This document shows, in pieces, positions 1 through 11,568 of a DNA stretch of 64,000 bases. How positions within the stretch are numbered: position 1 is the stretch's first letter; every line of letters begins with the position of its first letter. A program made the position numbers and the translations under genes. This DNA comes from an uncultured Acidobacteriota bacterium (lineage in GTDB: Bacteria; Acidobacteriota; Polarisedimenticolia; J045). Location of the stretch: positions 128,001 to 192,000 of the forward strand of contig CAVPCQ010000032.1 in NCBI GenBank assembly GCA_963702425.1, read 5' to 3'. Below the pieces are notes generated by a model that searched no databases, was not told where the DNA came from, and worked only from the letters and a program-made list of their open reading frames with translations.

Positions 1-318
1 GCCCAGCTTCTCGATCGCGGCCGTGATCGTCTCGGGCTTCACCTTGGCCGCGTCGTAGCGCACCACGGCCTTCTTCTCCGTGTGCGAAGCCTCGACGGTC
101 TCGACTCCATCGATCGCGCCGACGGTGGACTGGATCGCCTGCTCGCAGTGACCGCAGGTCATCCCTTCGACGTCGAACACGGACTCCTTCACAACTGGAC
201 CCTCCGGGCTCGCGCCGGCGACGCCGGCGGATCGATCCTGGCCGCCGCACCCGGCGGCCACGAGGAGGGCGACGATCAGGCTCGCCACGGCGAAAGTGCG
301 GACAGGAAAGCTGGACAT
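1..318 (-). CDS. Heavy-metal-associated (CopZ/MerP-like) lipoprotein, copy 1; 3' end lies outside the window
   Basis: Matches 6560..6877 (offset 6559). ATG at 318, lipobox LVAAGC, GMTCGHC motif. Confidence 0.85.
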   Translation of the reverse strand, partial: MSSFPVRTFAVASLIVALLVAAGCGGQDRSAGVAGASPEGPVVKESVFDVEGMTCGHCEQAIQSTVGAIDGVETVEASHTEKKAVVRYDAAKVKPETITAAIEKLG

Positions 319-483
319 CGAGCACTCCTCGGACGGGAGGCTAGCACCGCGGACCGGCACTGCCCACCGGATCGCCAGGAACAGTGGCCTCCGGTACCGT
401 CGCGCGGTATAAGCCGAGGTCCGGGCCCCCCTTCCTGAAGTCCGATACCGTCCGCGGTCGGCCCGAACCGCTCGAGGTCACGC

Positions 484-3400
484 ATGCCGTCGTCCCGCAT
501 CCTGCTCGCCACGCTGCTCGGCGTGGCCGTCGCTCCCGCCGCGCTCGCGATCGAATCGCCCACTGCCGGATCGCTCGCCGGGAAGACGGTCCGGCCGCCG
601 TTCGTGACCGAGCGCACGATCGACGTCGCCGACGCCGAGGCCGGGAGCCCCGGCGCGGCCGGCACGCCGGTCGCGCCCTTCCGCGCGTTCGCGGTTGCGT
701 CGGGCGGAGCGTGGACGGGGCGGCTGGTGGCGGGCAGCGGCCGCGCGGCGGCCCTGTCCGGCAGCGGACTGCCGCTCGTGCCGGGCGCCGGCAACGGCCT
801 GGCCGGAGGCGATCCGCGCGACCTCTCGCTGCTCGAGCGGCGGGTGCGCGAGCTGCTCGCGGCCCACCCCGGCCTGCTCGCGCCCGCCTTCGGCGAGCTG
901 GTCCTCTCGCCCCAGCGTTCGGCGGTGATCGACGACGGTCGGGTCGCGTTCGTCGACTTCGACTGGACGATCGGCGGAGTGCCGGTCGAGGGCGCGGGGG
1001 TGTTCGCACGCCTGAATGCGGGCAACGTGATCCAGCTCGGCACGCGCCTCCTGTCCGGCACGGCCGACGCTCCGGTCGCGCTGCTCGACGCCGCCGACGC
1101 GCGGCGGCGCCTCGGCGACTACGTCCGCGGGGGCGAGTCCGGCGACGGCGACGGGGAACTCGACCGGCAGCACGGCGAGCCGCGCCTGTTCTTCCTGCCG
1201 GTCGAGGAGGGCGCGGGCCTGCGCTACCGGCTCGTCTGGGAGGTCGCCTTCCGCCGCGCCGGCGAGCAGGCGACCTGGACCGGCCGCGTCGACGCCCACG
1301 ACGGCTCGATCGTGCAGTTCTTCGATGCCAACGCCTATGGCGAGGTGACCGGCGGCGTCTACCCGCGGACCGTGGTCGACCCCGAGGCAGTCGTACCGAT
1401 TCCGTTCGTGCAGGTCGACGGCGCGGGCGTGACCAGCGCCGCCGGCCGCTTCCCCTTCAACGGCGCGAAGGTCTCGACCGGCCTCGACGGCCGCTACTTC
1501 TCGACGAGCTGCGAGAACTGCTCGGCGCCGGCCCAGGCCTACGGCGAAACCACGCTCGGCCTGGGCTGGCTGAAGCTCGGCACCGGCGGGACCGACCAAC
1601 TGGCCAACGGGGTCTCGACGCGGGCCGAACGCAACAGCTTCTTCCACCTCAACGAGGCCCGGCTGGTCGCGAAGAAGTGGCTCAACCTGCCCTGGTTCGA
1701 CCAGACGGTGCAGTCCAACGTCAACATCGCCAGCACCTGCAACGCCTACTGGAACGGGACCGTCAACTTCTACCGTTCGGGCGGCGGCTGCAACAACACC
1801 GGCGAGATCGCCGACGTGATGCAGCACGAGTGGGGCCACGGCATCGACCAGAACACGCTGCTGGGCGACTCGGCGACCGGTGAGGGGACCGGTGACCACG
1901 TCGCCTTCCTGATGACGCACGGCTCGGTGATCGGGCCGTACTTCCGCACCAGCGGCGGCGGCGTGCGCGACGTCAACCGGCTGACCTCATCGACCGGACT
2001 GATCACGCGCGGCAACGCCGCCTCCAAGTGCCCCTCGGCCGGCTTCGGCTGCGGCGGACCGCTCGGCCTCGAGTGCCACTGCGAGGGCGAGATCTACGGG
2101 CAGACCGGCTGGGACCTGGCGCAGAGCCTGGTCGCCAAGCACGGCTATCACACCGGCTGGCTGACCTACGAGCGGATCTTCTTCGCTTCGCTGCCGCAGT
2201 CCGGCCCCTACCTGCCCAATCAGGCGAACTCGATCTACGACGCCTACCTCGCGGTGGACGACGACGACGGCAACCTCGCCAACGGCACGCCCAACGCGAA
2301 GCAGATCTACGACGCCTTCAACCTGCACGAGATCGCCGGGACGCAGCGCGCGACAACCGCCGGCTGCGCGCGGCCCGCGGAGCCGACGGTCTCGATCGCC
2401 ACCGGCTGCAACGGCGTCACGCTGAGCTGGCCGGCGGTGAGCGGCGCCACGAAGTATCGCCTGATGAAGACGATGTTCTCGCCCAACCGCGCCTTCCTGC
2501 CGCTGACGGAAGTCACCGGGACGAGCTTCGCCGACGGCGAGGTGCGCCCCGGCACGACCTACTACTACGTCGTCCAGGCGCTCACCGGTTCGGGCTGCGG
2601 CTCGACGATCGAGCAGGTCGTGTCGACGACCGGTCCGGCGCGGCCGGTCGCCGGGATCGTCTCCGTCACGACCGACGACACGCCGCGGGGGAACCGCTCC
2701 GGCACGGTCGACCCGGGCGAAGCGGTGGACATCTTCCTGACGCTGGGGAACGCGGCGCCGACGGCGGGGTCCGGCCTGGTCGGAACGATCGCCTCGAGCG
2801 CCGCCGGCGTGACGATCGACGTCGCGACGCAGCCCTTCGCCGACCTGCCTGGGAACGGGACGACCGTCAACGCGGTCGGCTTCCGGGCCTCGATCGCTTC
2901 GTCGGTCGCCTGCGGCACCTCGCTCCCCTTCACCTTCACCGTCACCGACGGCTCCGGGTGTACCGTGGACACGCAGTACTTCGCGCTGAAGACGGGCGGC
3001 GACGTGCTGCGGCGCTCGGACGGCTTCTCCGCCGACTCGGGCTGGGCCTTCGATCCGGCGACGTCGACCGCGTCGAGCGGTGCCTGGACGCGCGGCACGC
3101 CGGACGCGACGCCGTGGCAATCGGGCTCCGACTCCGACGACGCCGGCGACGGGTGCTGGTTCACGGCGCCGAACTTCAACGGCGATTCGGGAGACGACGT
3201 GGACGGCGGCGAGGTCGTGCTGCTGTCACCGGTCTTCAGCCTGGCCGGGCTCTCCGGCGCCGACCTCGCCTACCAGCGCTGGTGGGCCAGCTCCGCGCCG
3301 GGCGCAGACGCCAACGACTGGTACTGGGTCGAGGTCAGCAACAACGGCGGCTCGACCTGGCAGACGGTCGAGAAGCTCGGCAGCGGCCAGGCGGCCGCAG

Positions 3401-4819
3401 CCTGGGCGCGGGCCCGCTTCGACCTCGACGCGATCCTGCCGCTGACGGCGACCATGCGCCTGCGCGTGCGGGTCTCCGACGGCGTCGCCGCCGCCGGCAC
3501 GGTGGAAGGAGCCTTCGACGACTTCCGCGTCACCGAACCGACCTGCGACGCCACGCCGCCGTGCTTCGTGAAGCCATCGTTCGCAGGCGCCGCGTCGGCG
3601 ACGGCCGGCCCGGACTGCGCGGAGACCTCGCTGGCCTGGTCGGCCGCCGCGAGCGGCTGCTCGAACGCGAGCGTGACCTACAACGTCTACCGCTCGACCG
3701 ACCCGGGCTTCGTCCCGTCCGACGCGACGCGTGTCGCGAGCGGGCTCGCCTCGCTCTCCCTCGTCGATCGCTACCTCGTGCCCGGCACCGGCTACTACTA
3801 CGTCGTCCGGGCGCTCGACTCGCGCTCGGGCGAGGAAGCCAACCTGGTCCGGCGCGCGGCAACCGCGCCGGCGGCACCCGACACCAGGCCGCCAACCTTC
3901 TCCGGGGTCGATGGCGTCGTCGCCGGCGCAGGCTGCGGCGAGGCGCAGCTGGTGTGGGGCGCGGCACGGGAGACCTGCTCCGGCCCGGTCGTCTACGAGG
4001 TCTACCGCTCGACGACCGCGGGCTTCACCCCGGCGCCGGCCAACCTCGTCGGCCGGACCACCGCGACGTCCCTGGTGGACGCCGGCCTCGCGCCGGCGAC
4101 GACCTACTACTACGTGGTCCGCGCTGCGGACCGGCAGGGGAACGCCGACGGGAACGTCAAGCGCCGCTCGGCGCAGGCGACCGTGCTCCCGGAGCTGCTC
4201 TCGTCCGAGACCTTCGAGTCGGGGGCCGCCGGCTGGGCGCGCGCGGGCACCAACGACGCCACGACCGGGCTCTGGGAGCTGGGCGATCCGACCCAGACCG
4301 ACGCGCAACCCGGCACCTGCCCCTCCGGAAGCAACTGCTGGGCCACCGGCCTCAACAACGCGAGCCTCGGCGACAACGACATCGACGGGGGAACGACCAC
4401 GCTGCTCTCCGCGCGCTTCAGCCTGGCGGGCGCGCAGTCGCCGGCGATCCGCTACAAGCGCTACTACTCCAACAACACCGGCGCCACGCCGGGGACCGAC
4501 TCCTGGACGGTCGACCTGTCGACCGACGATGGTGCGAGCTGGTCGCCGATCGAGAACACGAGCGCTCCGACGCGGGGATGGTCTTCTCCCAGGTCGAGTT
4601 CCCGCTCGGTGCGACGGGCCCCACGGCGAACATGCGCGTGCGGTTCGTGGCCTCCGACCTGCTCGACGGGTCGCTGGTCGAGGCGGTCGTCGACGACTTC
4701 GAGCTGGTCGACCTGACGGGCGGCTGCGACGGCTGCCCGGCCCCGCCGACGGTGGGCCGGATCCTCGCGCAGCGCGACGCGTCCGACGTGGTGCTCGACT
4801 GGACGACCGACCCGGTGAG
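484..4819 (+). pseudogene. Truncated, frameshifted copy of the secreted M36/M4-like metalloprotease
   Basis: Matches 7043..11554. One-nt deletion near 4565 (agcgctcc vs agcgcctcc). Homology stops at DWTTDPVS, so the last ~57 aa are missing. Confidence 0.8.
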
Positions 4820-4838
4820 CGGACGCGCTAGGCCGCCT

Positions 4839-6479
4839 TCACGACGGCGGCCGCAACCGCAGCGGCGTCACGTAGCGCAGGGGCAGCCTGCGCGCCTTCA
4901 GCCAGTCGAGAACCTCTTCCTGCGGCCGCGGCGAGGCGAAGATCCAGAAGCGGTCCTCGCCCACGTCGGGAACCTCGACGCAGTAGACCAGGATGCCGTC
5001 CCTGGCCCACGGCATGACGGGCTGCGGAACCTGCGGCGGCAGGAAGGGCCGCCGGAAGAAGAAGTCGTTGTAGATGTCCGCGAACATCACCCGACGCGCG
5101 ACGATGTCCTCCCAGCTCGCGCGGCGCCGGTGATAGAGCACCTGGTCGCGATCGAACGGCCGGCTGGCAATCTCGGGATCGTTCAGTCCCCAGACGTCGA
5201 GATGCCACGCTCCGCTGACGTAGGGAAGCGCACCGGCCCAGCCGATCGCGATCCGGTCTGCGGGCGAAAAATAGCGCGCCAGCGCACGCCCCTGGCGGAG
5301 CATCTCGTCGGCCTGGGCTTTCATGTTGCCGGTCGAAGCGACCGCGCCGAAGCCGCGGAACGGGCGCACGAGCGTGGCGGCCTGCGAGGCGACGAGCGCC
5401 GCGGCGAGGACCACGGCGAGCGCCGTGCGACGACGCGGGACACGAGCTGCGAGCGCGTCGATCCCGGCGACGGAGAGCAGGGCCAGTGCCGGGAGCAGCG
5501 GCACGAAGAAACGGAACTCCCACGCGTCCCCGCCGACCGCGACGACCCACGCCGTCAGCGCCAGCGCCTGCGCCGCGAGCGCCGCTGCCAGCGGCCGGCG
5601 ACGCGCGGTGCCGATCACGCCCACGACCGCCAGGGGAAGCCAGAGCCAGGCGTGGGTCTGGAGCAGGAACTGGCCGAGATAGCGCGCTCCCTCGTCGAGC
5701 TGCAGACCGCCGACCTTGGCGTAGAAGGTGTTCGGGAGCGGGCGCCCGAAGTAGGCGACGCGGAAGAGCACGAGCCCCGCCAGCAGCACGGCGTGGCTCG
5801 CGCCCGACACCGCGACGACGCGCCACGCGTCGCGCGAGCGTCGGACCGTCGCGAGACCCAGACCCGCCGCCAGGTGCATCAGCGGCATCTCGGGACGCAG
5901 CAGGGTCGCAACGAAGAAGAGCAGCCCACTGACCCAGGGCCGGCGGCCGGTCCCGCTCCCATCTCCCACCTCGCGGGCCATCCGGATCGTCGCCGCGAGG
6001 GCGACGACCGTGGCCGCGGTGGTCTCCATCGCCGAAACGCCCCAGACGACCCACTGGCGCCCCAGCGCCAGCGACAGCGCCGCGGCGACGGCGAGCCAGG
6101 CTGGCAGCCCGAGGTCTCGCTCCCCGGTGCGCGTCACCAGCCACAACCCGGCGAGAGCGGCGACCAGCCCCGCGAGCTGCGAGACGACGAGGGGGTCGAG
6201 TCCCGCGGCGATCGCGCCGGCGTTCATCAGCATCCAGCCGGGCGAAGTGCTCCCCTCCACCCGGACCGGTTCGACCGTGTTCCAGACGATCCCGTGCCCG
6301 GCCGCGACGTTGGATGCGTAGCGCAGCGTGATGAAGGTGTCGTCGTTGTACCAGCGCCTCGGCCAGGCGACCGCCACGAGCAGGATGAGCACGGCGACGA
6401 GCGCGAACACCGCCGGCAGCCGGCGCCCTCTGGGGGAGGACGCCGAACTCGGCACCGAGGAGGAGGACGGGGCGCTCAT
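4839..6479 (-). CDS. Polytopic membrane protein, GT-C glycosyltransferase-like
   Basis: DDTFITLRYASNVAAGHGIVWN and VEGSTSP after the first TM helix, LLRPE, PLPNTFYAK, DVWGLND, many TM segments. ATG at 6479. Confidence 0.7.
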   Translation of the reverse strand: MSAPSSSSVPSSASSPRGRRLPAVFALVAVLILLVAVAWPRRWYNDDTFITLRYASNVAAGHGIVWNTVEPVRVEGSTSPGWMLMNAGAIAAGLDPLVVSQLAGLVAALAGLWLVTRTGERDLGLPAWLAVAAALSLALGRQWVVWGVSAMETTAATVVALAATIRMAREVGDGSGTGRRPWVSGLLFFVATLLRPEMPLMHLAAGLGLATVRRSRDAWRVVAVSGASHAVLLAGLVLFRVAYFGRPLPNTFYAKVGGLQLDEGARYLGQFLLQTHAWLWLPLAVVGVIGTARRRPLAAALAAQALALTAWVVAVGGDAWEFRFFVPLLPALALLSVAGIDALAARVPRRRTALAVVLAAALVASQAATLVRPFRGFGAVASTGNMKAQADEMLRQGRALARYFSPADRIAIGWAGALPYVSGAWHLDVWGLNDPEIASRPFDRDQVLYHRRRASWEDIVARRVMFADIYNDFFFRRPFLPPQVPQPVMPWARDGILVYCVEVPDVGEDRFWIFASPRPQEEVLDWLKARRLPLRYVTPLRLRPPS

Positions 6480-6529
6480 CGCGGATTCGTGACGGAGCGG
6501 GCGGGCATTCGGCGACGCACCGGACCGGG

Positions 6530-6877
6530 TCAGGACCCGGACCTCAGCCTGGCCGTATAGCCCAGCTTCTCGATCGCGGCCGTGATCGTCTCGGGCTTCA
6601 CCTTGGCCGCGTCGTAGCGCACCACGGCCTTCTTCTCCGTGTGCGAAGCCTCGACGGTCTCGACTCCATCGATCGCGCCGACGGTGGACTGGATCGCCTG
6701 CTCGCAGTGACCGCAGGTCATCCCTTCGACGTCGAACACGGACTCCTTCACAACTGGACCCTCCGGGCTCGCGCCGGCGACGCCGGCGGATCGATCCTGG
6801 CCGCCGCACCCGGCGGCCACGAGGAGGGCGACGATCAGGCTCGCCACGGCGAAAGTGCGGACAGGAAAGCTGGACAT
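6530..6877 (-). CDS. Heavy-metal-associated (CopZ/MerP-like) lipoprotein, copy 2
   Basis: Signal peptide with lipobox LVAAGC; HMA motif VEGMTCGHC...AIEKLGY; GAGGAG RBS upstream. Confidence 0.88.
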   Translation of the reverse strand: MSSFPVRTFAVASLIVALLVAAGCGGQDRSAGVAGASPEGPVVKESVFDVEGMTCGHCEQAIQSTVGAIDGVETVEASHTEKKAVVRYDAAKVKPETITAAIEKLGYTARLRSGS

Positions 6878-9800
6878 CGAGCACTCCTCGGACGGGAGGC
6901 TAGCACCGCGGACCGGCACTGCCCACCGGATCGCCAGGAACAGTGGCCTCCGGTACCGTCGCGCGGTATAAGCCGAGGTCCGGGCCCCCCTTCCTGAAGT
7001 CCGATACCGTCCGCGGTCGGCCCGAACCGCTCGAGGTCACGCATGCCGTCGTCCCGCACCCTGCTCGCCACGCTGCTCGCCGTGGCCGTCGCTCCCGCCG
7101 CGCTCGCGATCGAATCGCCCACTGCCGGATCGCTCGCCGGGAAGACGGTCCGGCCGGCGTTCGTGACCGAGCGCACGATCGACGTCGCCGACGCCGAGGC
7201 CGGGAGCCCCGGCGCGGCCGGCACGCCGGTCGCGCCCTTCCGCGCGTTCGCGGTTGCGTCGGGCGGAGCGTGGACGGGGCGGCTGGTGGCGGGCAGCGGC
7301 CGCGCGGCGGCCCTGTCCGGCAGCGGACTGCCGCTCGTGCCGGGCGCCGGCAACGGCCTGGCCGGAGGCGATCCGCGCGACCTCTCGCTGCTCGAGCGGC
7401 GGGTGCGCGAGCTGCTCGCGGCCCACCCCGGCCTGCTCGCGCCCGCCTTCGGCGAGCTGGTCCTCTCGCCCCAGCGTTCGGCGGTGATCGACGACGGTCG
7501 GGTCGCGTTCGTCGACTTCGACTGGACGATCGGCGGAGTGCCGGTCGAGGGCGCGGGGGTGTTCGCACGCCTGAATGCGGGCAACGTGATCCAGCTCGGC
7601 ACGCGCCTCCTGTCCGGCACGGCCGACGCTCCGGTCGCGCTGCTCGACGCCGCCGACGCGCGGCGGCGCCTCGGCGACTACGTCCGCGGGGGCGAGTCCG
7701 GCGACGGCGACGGGGAACTCGACCGGCAGCACGGCGAGCCGCGCCTGTTCTTCCTGCCGGTCGAGGAGGGCGCGGGCCTGCGCTACCGGCTCGTCTGGGA
7801 GGTCGCCTTCCGCCGCGCCGGCGAGCAGGCGACCTGGACCGGCCGCGTCGACGCCCACGACGGCTCGATCGTGCAGTTCTTCGATGCCAACGCCTATGGC
7901 GAGGTGACCGGCGGCGTCTACCCGCGGACCGTGGTCGACCCCGAGGCAGTCGTACCGATTCCGTTCGTGCAGGTCGACGGCGCGGGCGTGACCAGCGCCG
8001 CCGGCCGCTTCCCCTTCAACGGCGCGAAGGTCTCGACCGGCCTCGACGGCCGCTACTTCTCGACGAGCTGCGAGAACTGCTCGGCGCCGGCCCAGGCCTA
8101 CGGCGAAACCACGCTCGGCCTGGGCTGGCTGAAGCTCGGCACCGGCGGGACCGACCAACTGGCCAACGGGGTCTCGACGCGGGCCGAACGCAACAGCTTC
8201 TTCCACCTCAACGAGGCCCGGCTGGTCGCGAAGAAGTGGCTCAACCTGCCCTGGTTCGACCAGACGGTGCAGTCCAACGTCAACATCGCCAGCACCTGCA
8301 ACGCCTACTGGAACGGGACCGTCAACTTCTACCGTTCGGGCGGCGGCTGCAACAACACCGGCGAGATCGCCGACGTGATGCAGCACGAGTGGGGCCACGG
8401 CATCGACCAGAACACGCTGCTGGGCGACTCGGCGACCGGTGAGGGGACCGGTGACCACGTCGCCTTCCTGATGACGCACGGCTCGGTGATCGGGCCGTAC
8501 TTCCGCACCAGCGGCGGCGGCGTGCGCGACGTCAACCGGCTGACCTCATCGACCGGACTGATCACGCGCGGCAACGCCGCCTCCAAGTGCCCCTCGGCCG
8601 GCTTCGGCTGCGGCGGACCGCTCGGCCTCGAGTGCCACTGCGAGGGCGAGATCTACGGGCAGACCGGCTGGGACCTGGCGCAGAGCCTGGTCGCCAAGCA
8701 CGGCTATCACACCGGCTGGCTGACCTACGAGCGGATCTTCTTCGCTTCGCTGCCGCAGTCCGGCCCCTACCTGCCCAATCAGGCGAACTCGATCTACGAC
8801 GCCTACCTCGCGGTGGACGACGACGACGGCAACCTCGCCAACGGCACGCCCAACGCGAAGCAGATCTACGACGCCTTCAACCTGCACGAGATCGCCGGGA
8901 CGCAGCGCGCGACAACCGCCGGCTGCGCGCGGCCCGCGGAGCCGACGGTCTCGATCGCCACCGGCTGCAACGGCGTCACGCTGAGCTGGCCGGCGGTGAG
9001 CGGCGCCACGAAGTATCGCCTGATGAAGACGATGTTCTCGCCCAACCGCGCCTTCCTGCCGCTGACGGAAGTCACCGGGACGAGCTTCGCCGACGGCGAG
9101 GTGCGCCCCGGCACGACCTACTACTACGTCGTCCAGGCGATCACCGGTTCGGGCTGCGGCTCGACGATCGAGCAGGTCGTGTCGACGACCGGTCCGGCGC
9201 GGCCGGTCGCCGGGATCGTCTCCGTCACGACCGACGACACGCCGCGGGGGAACCGCTCCGGCACGGTCGACCCGGGCGAAGCGGTGGACATCTTCCTGAC
9301 GCTGGGGAACGCGGCGCCGACGGCGGGGTCCGGCCTGGTCGGAACGATCGCCTCGAGCGCCGCCGGCGTGACGATCGACGTCGCGACGCAGCCCTTCGCC
9401 GACCTGCCTGGGAACGGGACGACCGTCAACGCGGTCGGCTTCCGGGCCTCGATCGCTTCGTCGGTCGCCTGCGGCACCTCGCTCCCCTTCACCTTCACCG
9501 TCACCGACGGCTCCGGGTGTACCGTGGACACGCAGTACTTCGCGCTGAAGACGGGCGGCGACGTGCTGCGGCGCTCGGACGGCTTCTCCGCCGACTCGGG
9601 CTGGGCCTTCGATCCGGCGACGTCGACCGCGTCGAGCGGTGCCTGGACGCGCGGCACGCCGGACGCGACGCCGTGGCAATCGGGCTCCGACTCCGACGAC
9701 GCCGGCGACGGGTGCTGGTTCACGGCGCCGAACTTCAACGGCGATTCGGGCGACGACGTGGACGGCGGCGAGGTCGTGCTGCTGTCACCGGTCTTCAGCC

Positions 9801-11379
9801 TGGCCGGGCTCTCCGGCGCCGACCTCGCCTACCAGCGCTGGTGGGCCAGCTCCGCGCCGGGCGCAGACGCCAACGACTGGTACTGGGTCGAGGTCAGCAA
9901 CAACGGCGGCTCGACCTGGCAGACGGTCGAGAAGCTCGGCAGCGGCCAGGCGGCCGCAGCCTGGGCGCGGGCCCGCTTCGACCTCGACGCGATCCTGCCG
10001 CTGACGGCGACCATGCGCCTGCGCGTGCGGGTCTCCGACGGCGTCGCCGCCGCCGGCACGGTGGAAGGAGCCTTCGACGACTTCCGCGTCACCGAACCGA
10101 CCTGCGACGCCACGCCGCCGTGCTTCGTGAAGCCATCGTTCGCAGGCGCCGCGTCGGCGACGGCCGGCCCGGACTGCGCGGAGACCTCGCTGGCCTGGTC
10201 GGCCGCCGCGAGCGGCTGCTCGAACGCGAGCGTGACCTACAACGTCTACCGCTCGACCGACCCGGGCTTCGTCCCGTCCGACGCGACGCGTGTCGCGAGC
10301 GGGCTCGCCTCGCTCTCCCTCGTCGATCGCTACCTCGTGCCCGGCACCGGCTACTACTACGTCGTCCGGGCGCTCGACTCGCGCTCGGGCGAGGACGCCA
10401 ACCTGGTCCGGCGCGCGGCAACCGCGCCGGCGGCACCCGACACCAGGCCGCCAACCTTCTCCGGGGTCGATGGCGTCGTCGCCGGCGCAGGCTGCGGCGA
10501 GGCGCAGCTGGTGTGGGGCGCGGCACGGGAGACCTGCTCCGGCCCGGTCGTCTACGAGGTCTACCGCTCGACGACCGCGGGCTTCACCCCGGCGCCGGCC
10601 AACCTCGTCGGCCGGACCACCGCGACGTCCCTGGTGGACGCCGGCCTCGCGCCGGCGACGACCTACTACTACGTGGTCCGCGCTGCGGACCGGCAGGGGA
10701 ACGCCGACGGGAACGTCAAGCGCCGCTCGGCGCAGGCGACCGTGCTCCCGGAGCTGCTCTCGTCCGAGACCTTCGAGTCGGGGGCCGCCGGCTGGGCGCG
10801 CGCGGGCACCAACGACGCCACGACCGGACTCTGGGAGCTGGGCGATCCGACCCAGACCGACGCGCAGCCCGGCACCTGCCCCTCCGGAAGCAACTGCTGG
10901 GCCACCGGCCTCAACAACGCGAGCCTCGGCGACAACGACATCGACGGGGGAACGACCACGCTGCTCTCCGCGCGCTTCAGCCTGGTGGGCGCGCAGTCGC
11001 CGGCGATCCGCTACAAGCGCTACTACTCCAACAACACCGGCGCCACGCCGGGGACCGACTCCTGGACCGTCGACCTGTCGACCGACGATGGTGCGAGCTG
11101 GTCGCCGATCGAGAACACGAGCGCCTCCGACGCGGGGATGGTCTTCTCCCAGGTCGAGTTCCCGCTCGGTGCGACGGGTCCCACGGCGAACATGCGCGTG
11201 CGGTTCGTGGCCTCCGACCTGCTCGACGGGTCGCTGGTCGAGGCGGTCGTCGACGACTTCGAGCTGGTCGACCTGACGGGCGGCTGCGACGGCTGCCCGG
11301 CCCCGCCGACGGTGGGCCGCATCCTCGCGCAGCGCGACGCCTCCGACGTGGTCCTCGACTGGACGACCGACCCGGTGAG
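6560..11379. repeat. Tandem segmental duplication, copy 2
   Basis: Near-identical to 1..4819. Confidence 0.95.
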
Positions 11380-11554
11380 TGCGGGACGGTACAAGGTGTA
11401 CAGCTCCGAACAGCCGAGTTTCTCCGGCTCGTCGCTGCTCGGCACCGCCACCGCGAAGTCGTTCCGCCACGCCGGCGGGGCGGCGTACGCGGCGTTCACG
11501 GCTTACCTCGTCGCAGCGGTCGACAGTTGCGGCCAGGAGGGCCCGCAGCGCTAG
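7043..11554 (+). CDS. Secreted multidomain zinc metalloprotease (M36 fungalysin/M4-like) with FN3 and beta-sandwich domains
   Basis: Signal peptide; PepSY-like propeptide segment (VDAHDGSIV); HEWGH followed by GEGTGD; HCEGEIY; FN3 motifs (TYYYVVRA); 1503 aa. Confidence 0.85.
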   Translation: MPSSRTLLATLLAVAVAPAALAIESPTAGSLAGKTVRPAFVTERTIDVADAEAGSPGAAGTPVAPFRAFAVASGGAWTGRLVAGSGRAAALSGSGLPLVPGAGNGLAGGDPRDLSLLERRVRELLAAHPGLLAPAFGELVLSPQRSAVIDDGRVAFVDFDWTIGGVPVEGAGVFARLNAGNVIQLGTRLLSGTADAPVALLDAADARRRLGDYVRGGESGDGDGELDRQHGEPRLFFLPVEEGAGLRYRLVWEVAFRRAGEQATWTGRVDAHDGSIVQFFDANAYGEVTGGVYPRTVVDPEAVVPIPFVQVDGAGVTSAAGRFPFNGAKVSTGLDGRYFSTSCENCSAPAQAYGETTLGLGWLKLGTGGTDQLANGVSTRAERNSFFHLNEARLVAKKWLNLPWFDQTVQSNVNIASTCNAYWNGTVNFYRSGGGCNNTGEIADVMQHEWGHGIDQNTLLGDSATGEGTGDHVAFLMTHGSVIGPYFRTSGGGVRDVNRLTSSTGLITRGNAASKCPSAGFGCGGPLGLECHCEGEIYGQTGWDLAQSLVAKHGYHTGWLTYERIFFASLPQSGPYLPNQANSIYDAYLAVDDDDGNLANGTPNAKQIYDAFNLHEIAGTQRATTAGCARPAEPTVSIATGCNGVTLSWPAVSGATKYRLMKTMFSPNRAFLPLTEVTGTSFADGEVRPGTTYYYVVQAITGSGCGSTIEQVVSTTGPARPVAGIVSVTTDDTPRGNRSGTVDPGEAVDIFLTLGNAAPTAGSGLVGTIASSAAGVTIDVATQPFADLPGNGTTVNAVGFRASIASSVACGTSLPFTFTVTDGSGCTVDTQYFALKTGGDVLRRSDGFSADSGWAFDPATSTASSGAWTRGTPDATPWQSGSDSDDAGDGCWFTAPNFNGDSGDDVDGGEVVLLSPVFSLAGLSGADLAYQRWWASSAPGADANDWYWVEVSNNGGSTWQTVEKLGSGQAAAAWARARFDLDAILPLTATMRLRVRVSDGVAAAGTVEGAFDDFRVTEPTCDATPPCFVKPSFAGAASATAGPDCAETSLAWSAAASGCSNASVTYNVYRSTDPGFVPSDATRVASGLASLSLVDRYLVPGTGYYYVVRALDSRSGEDANLVRRAATAPAAPDTRPPTFSGVDGVVAGAGCGEAQLVWGAARETCSGPVVYEVYRSTTAGFTPAPANLVGRTTATSLVDAGLAPATTYYYVVRAADRQGNADGNVKRRSAQATVLPELLSSETFESGAAGWARAGTNDATTGLWELGDPTQTDAQPGTCPSGSNCWATGLNNASLGDNDIDGGTTTLLSARFSLVGAQSPAIRYKRYYSNNTGATPGTDSWTVDLSTDDGASWSPIENTSASDAGMVFSQVEFPLGATGPTANMRVRFVASDLLDGSLVEAVVDDFELVDLTGGCDGCPAPPTVGRILAQRDASDVVLDWTTDPVSAGRYKVYSSEQPSFSGSSLLGTATAKSFRHAGGAAYAAFTAYLVAAVDSCGQEGPQR

Positions 11555-11568
11555 CGAACGGGGATATC

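Larger units (their letters stand above)
1..4819. repeat. Tandem segmental duplication, copy 1
   Basis: Position 1 corresponds to 6560. Near-identity holds to about 4819 (about 11379 in copy 2), with roughly 14 substitutions and one 1-nt indel seen by eye. Confidence 0.95.

Noticed and set aside
4810-4840. Mobile-element end at the duplication junction
   Set aside because: No inverted repeat, target-site duplication or transposase is visible.
2028-6560. 1510-aa plus-strand ORF and other long Arg/Pro/Ala-rich ORFs (e.g. 8587..11649, 28232..31834, 56077..59376)
   Set aside because: Off-frame or antisense shadows expected at very high GC; they overlap well-supported genes.
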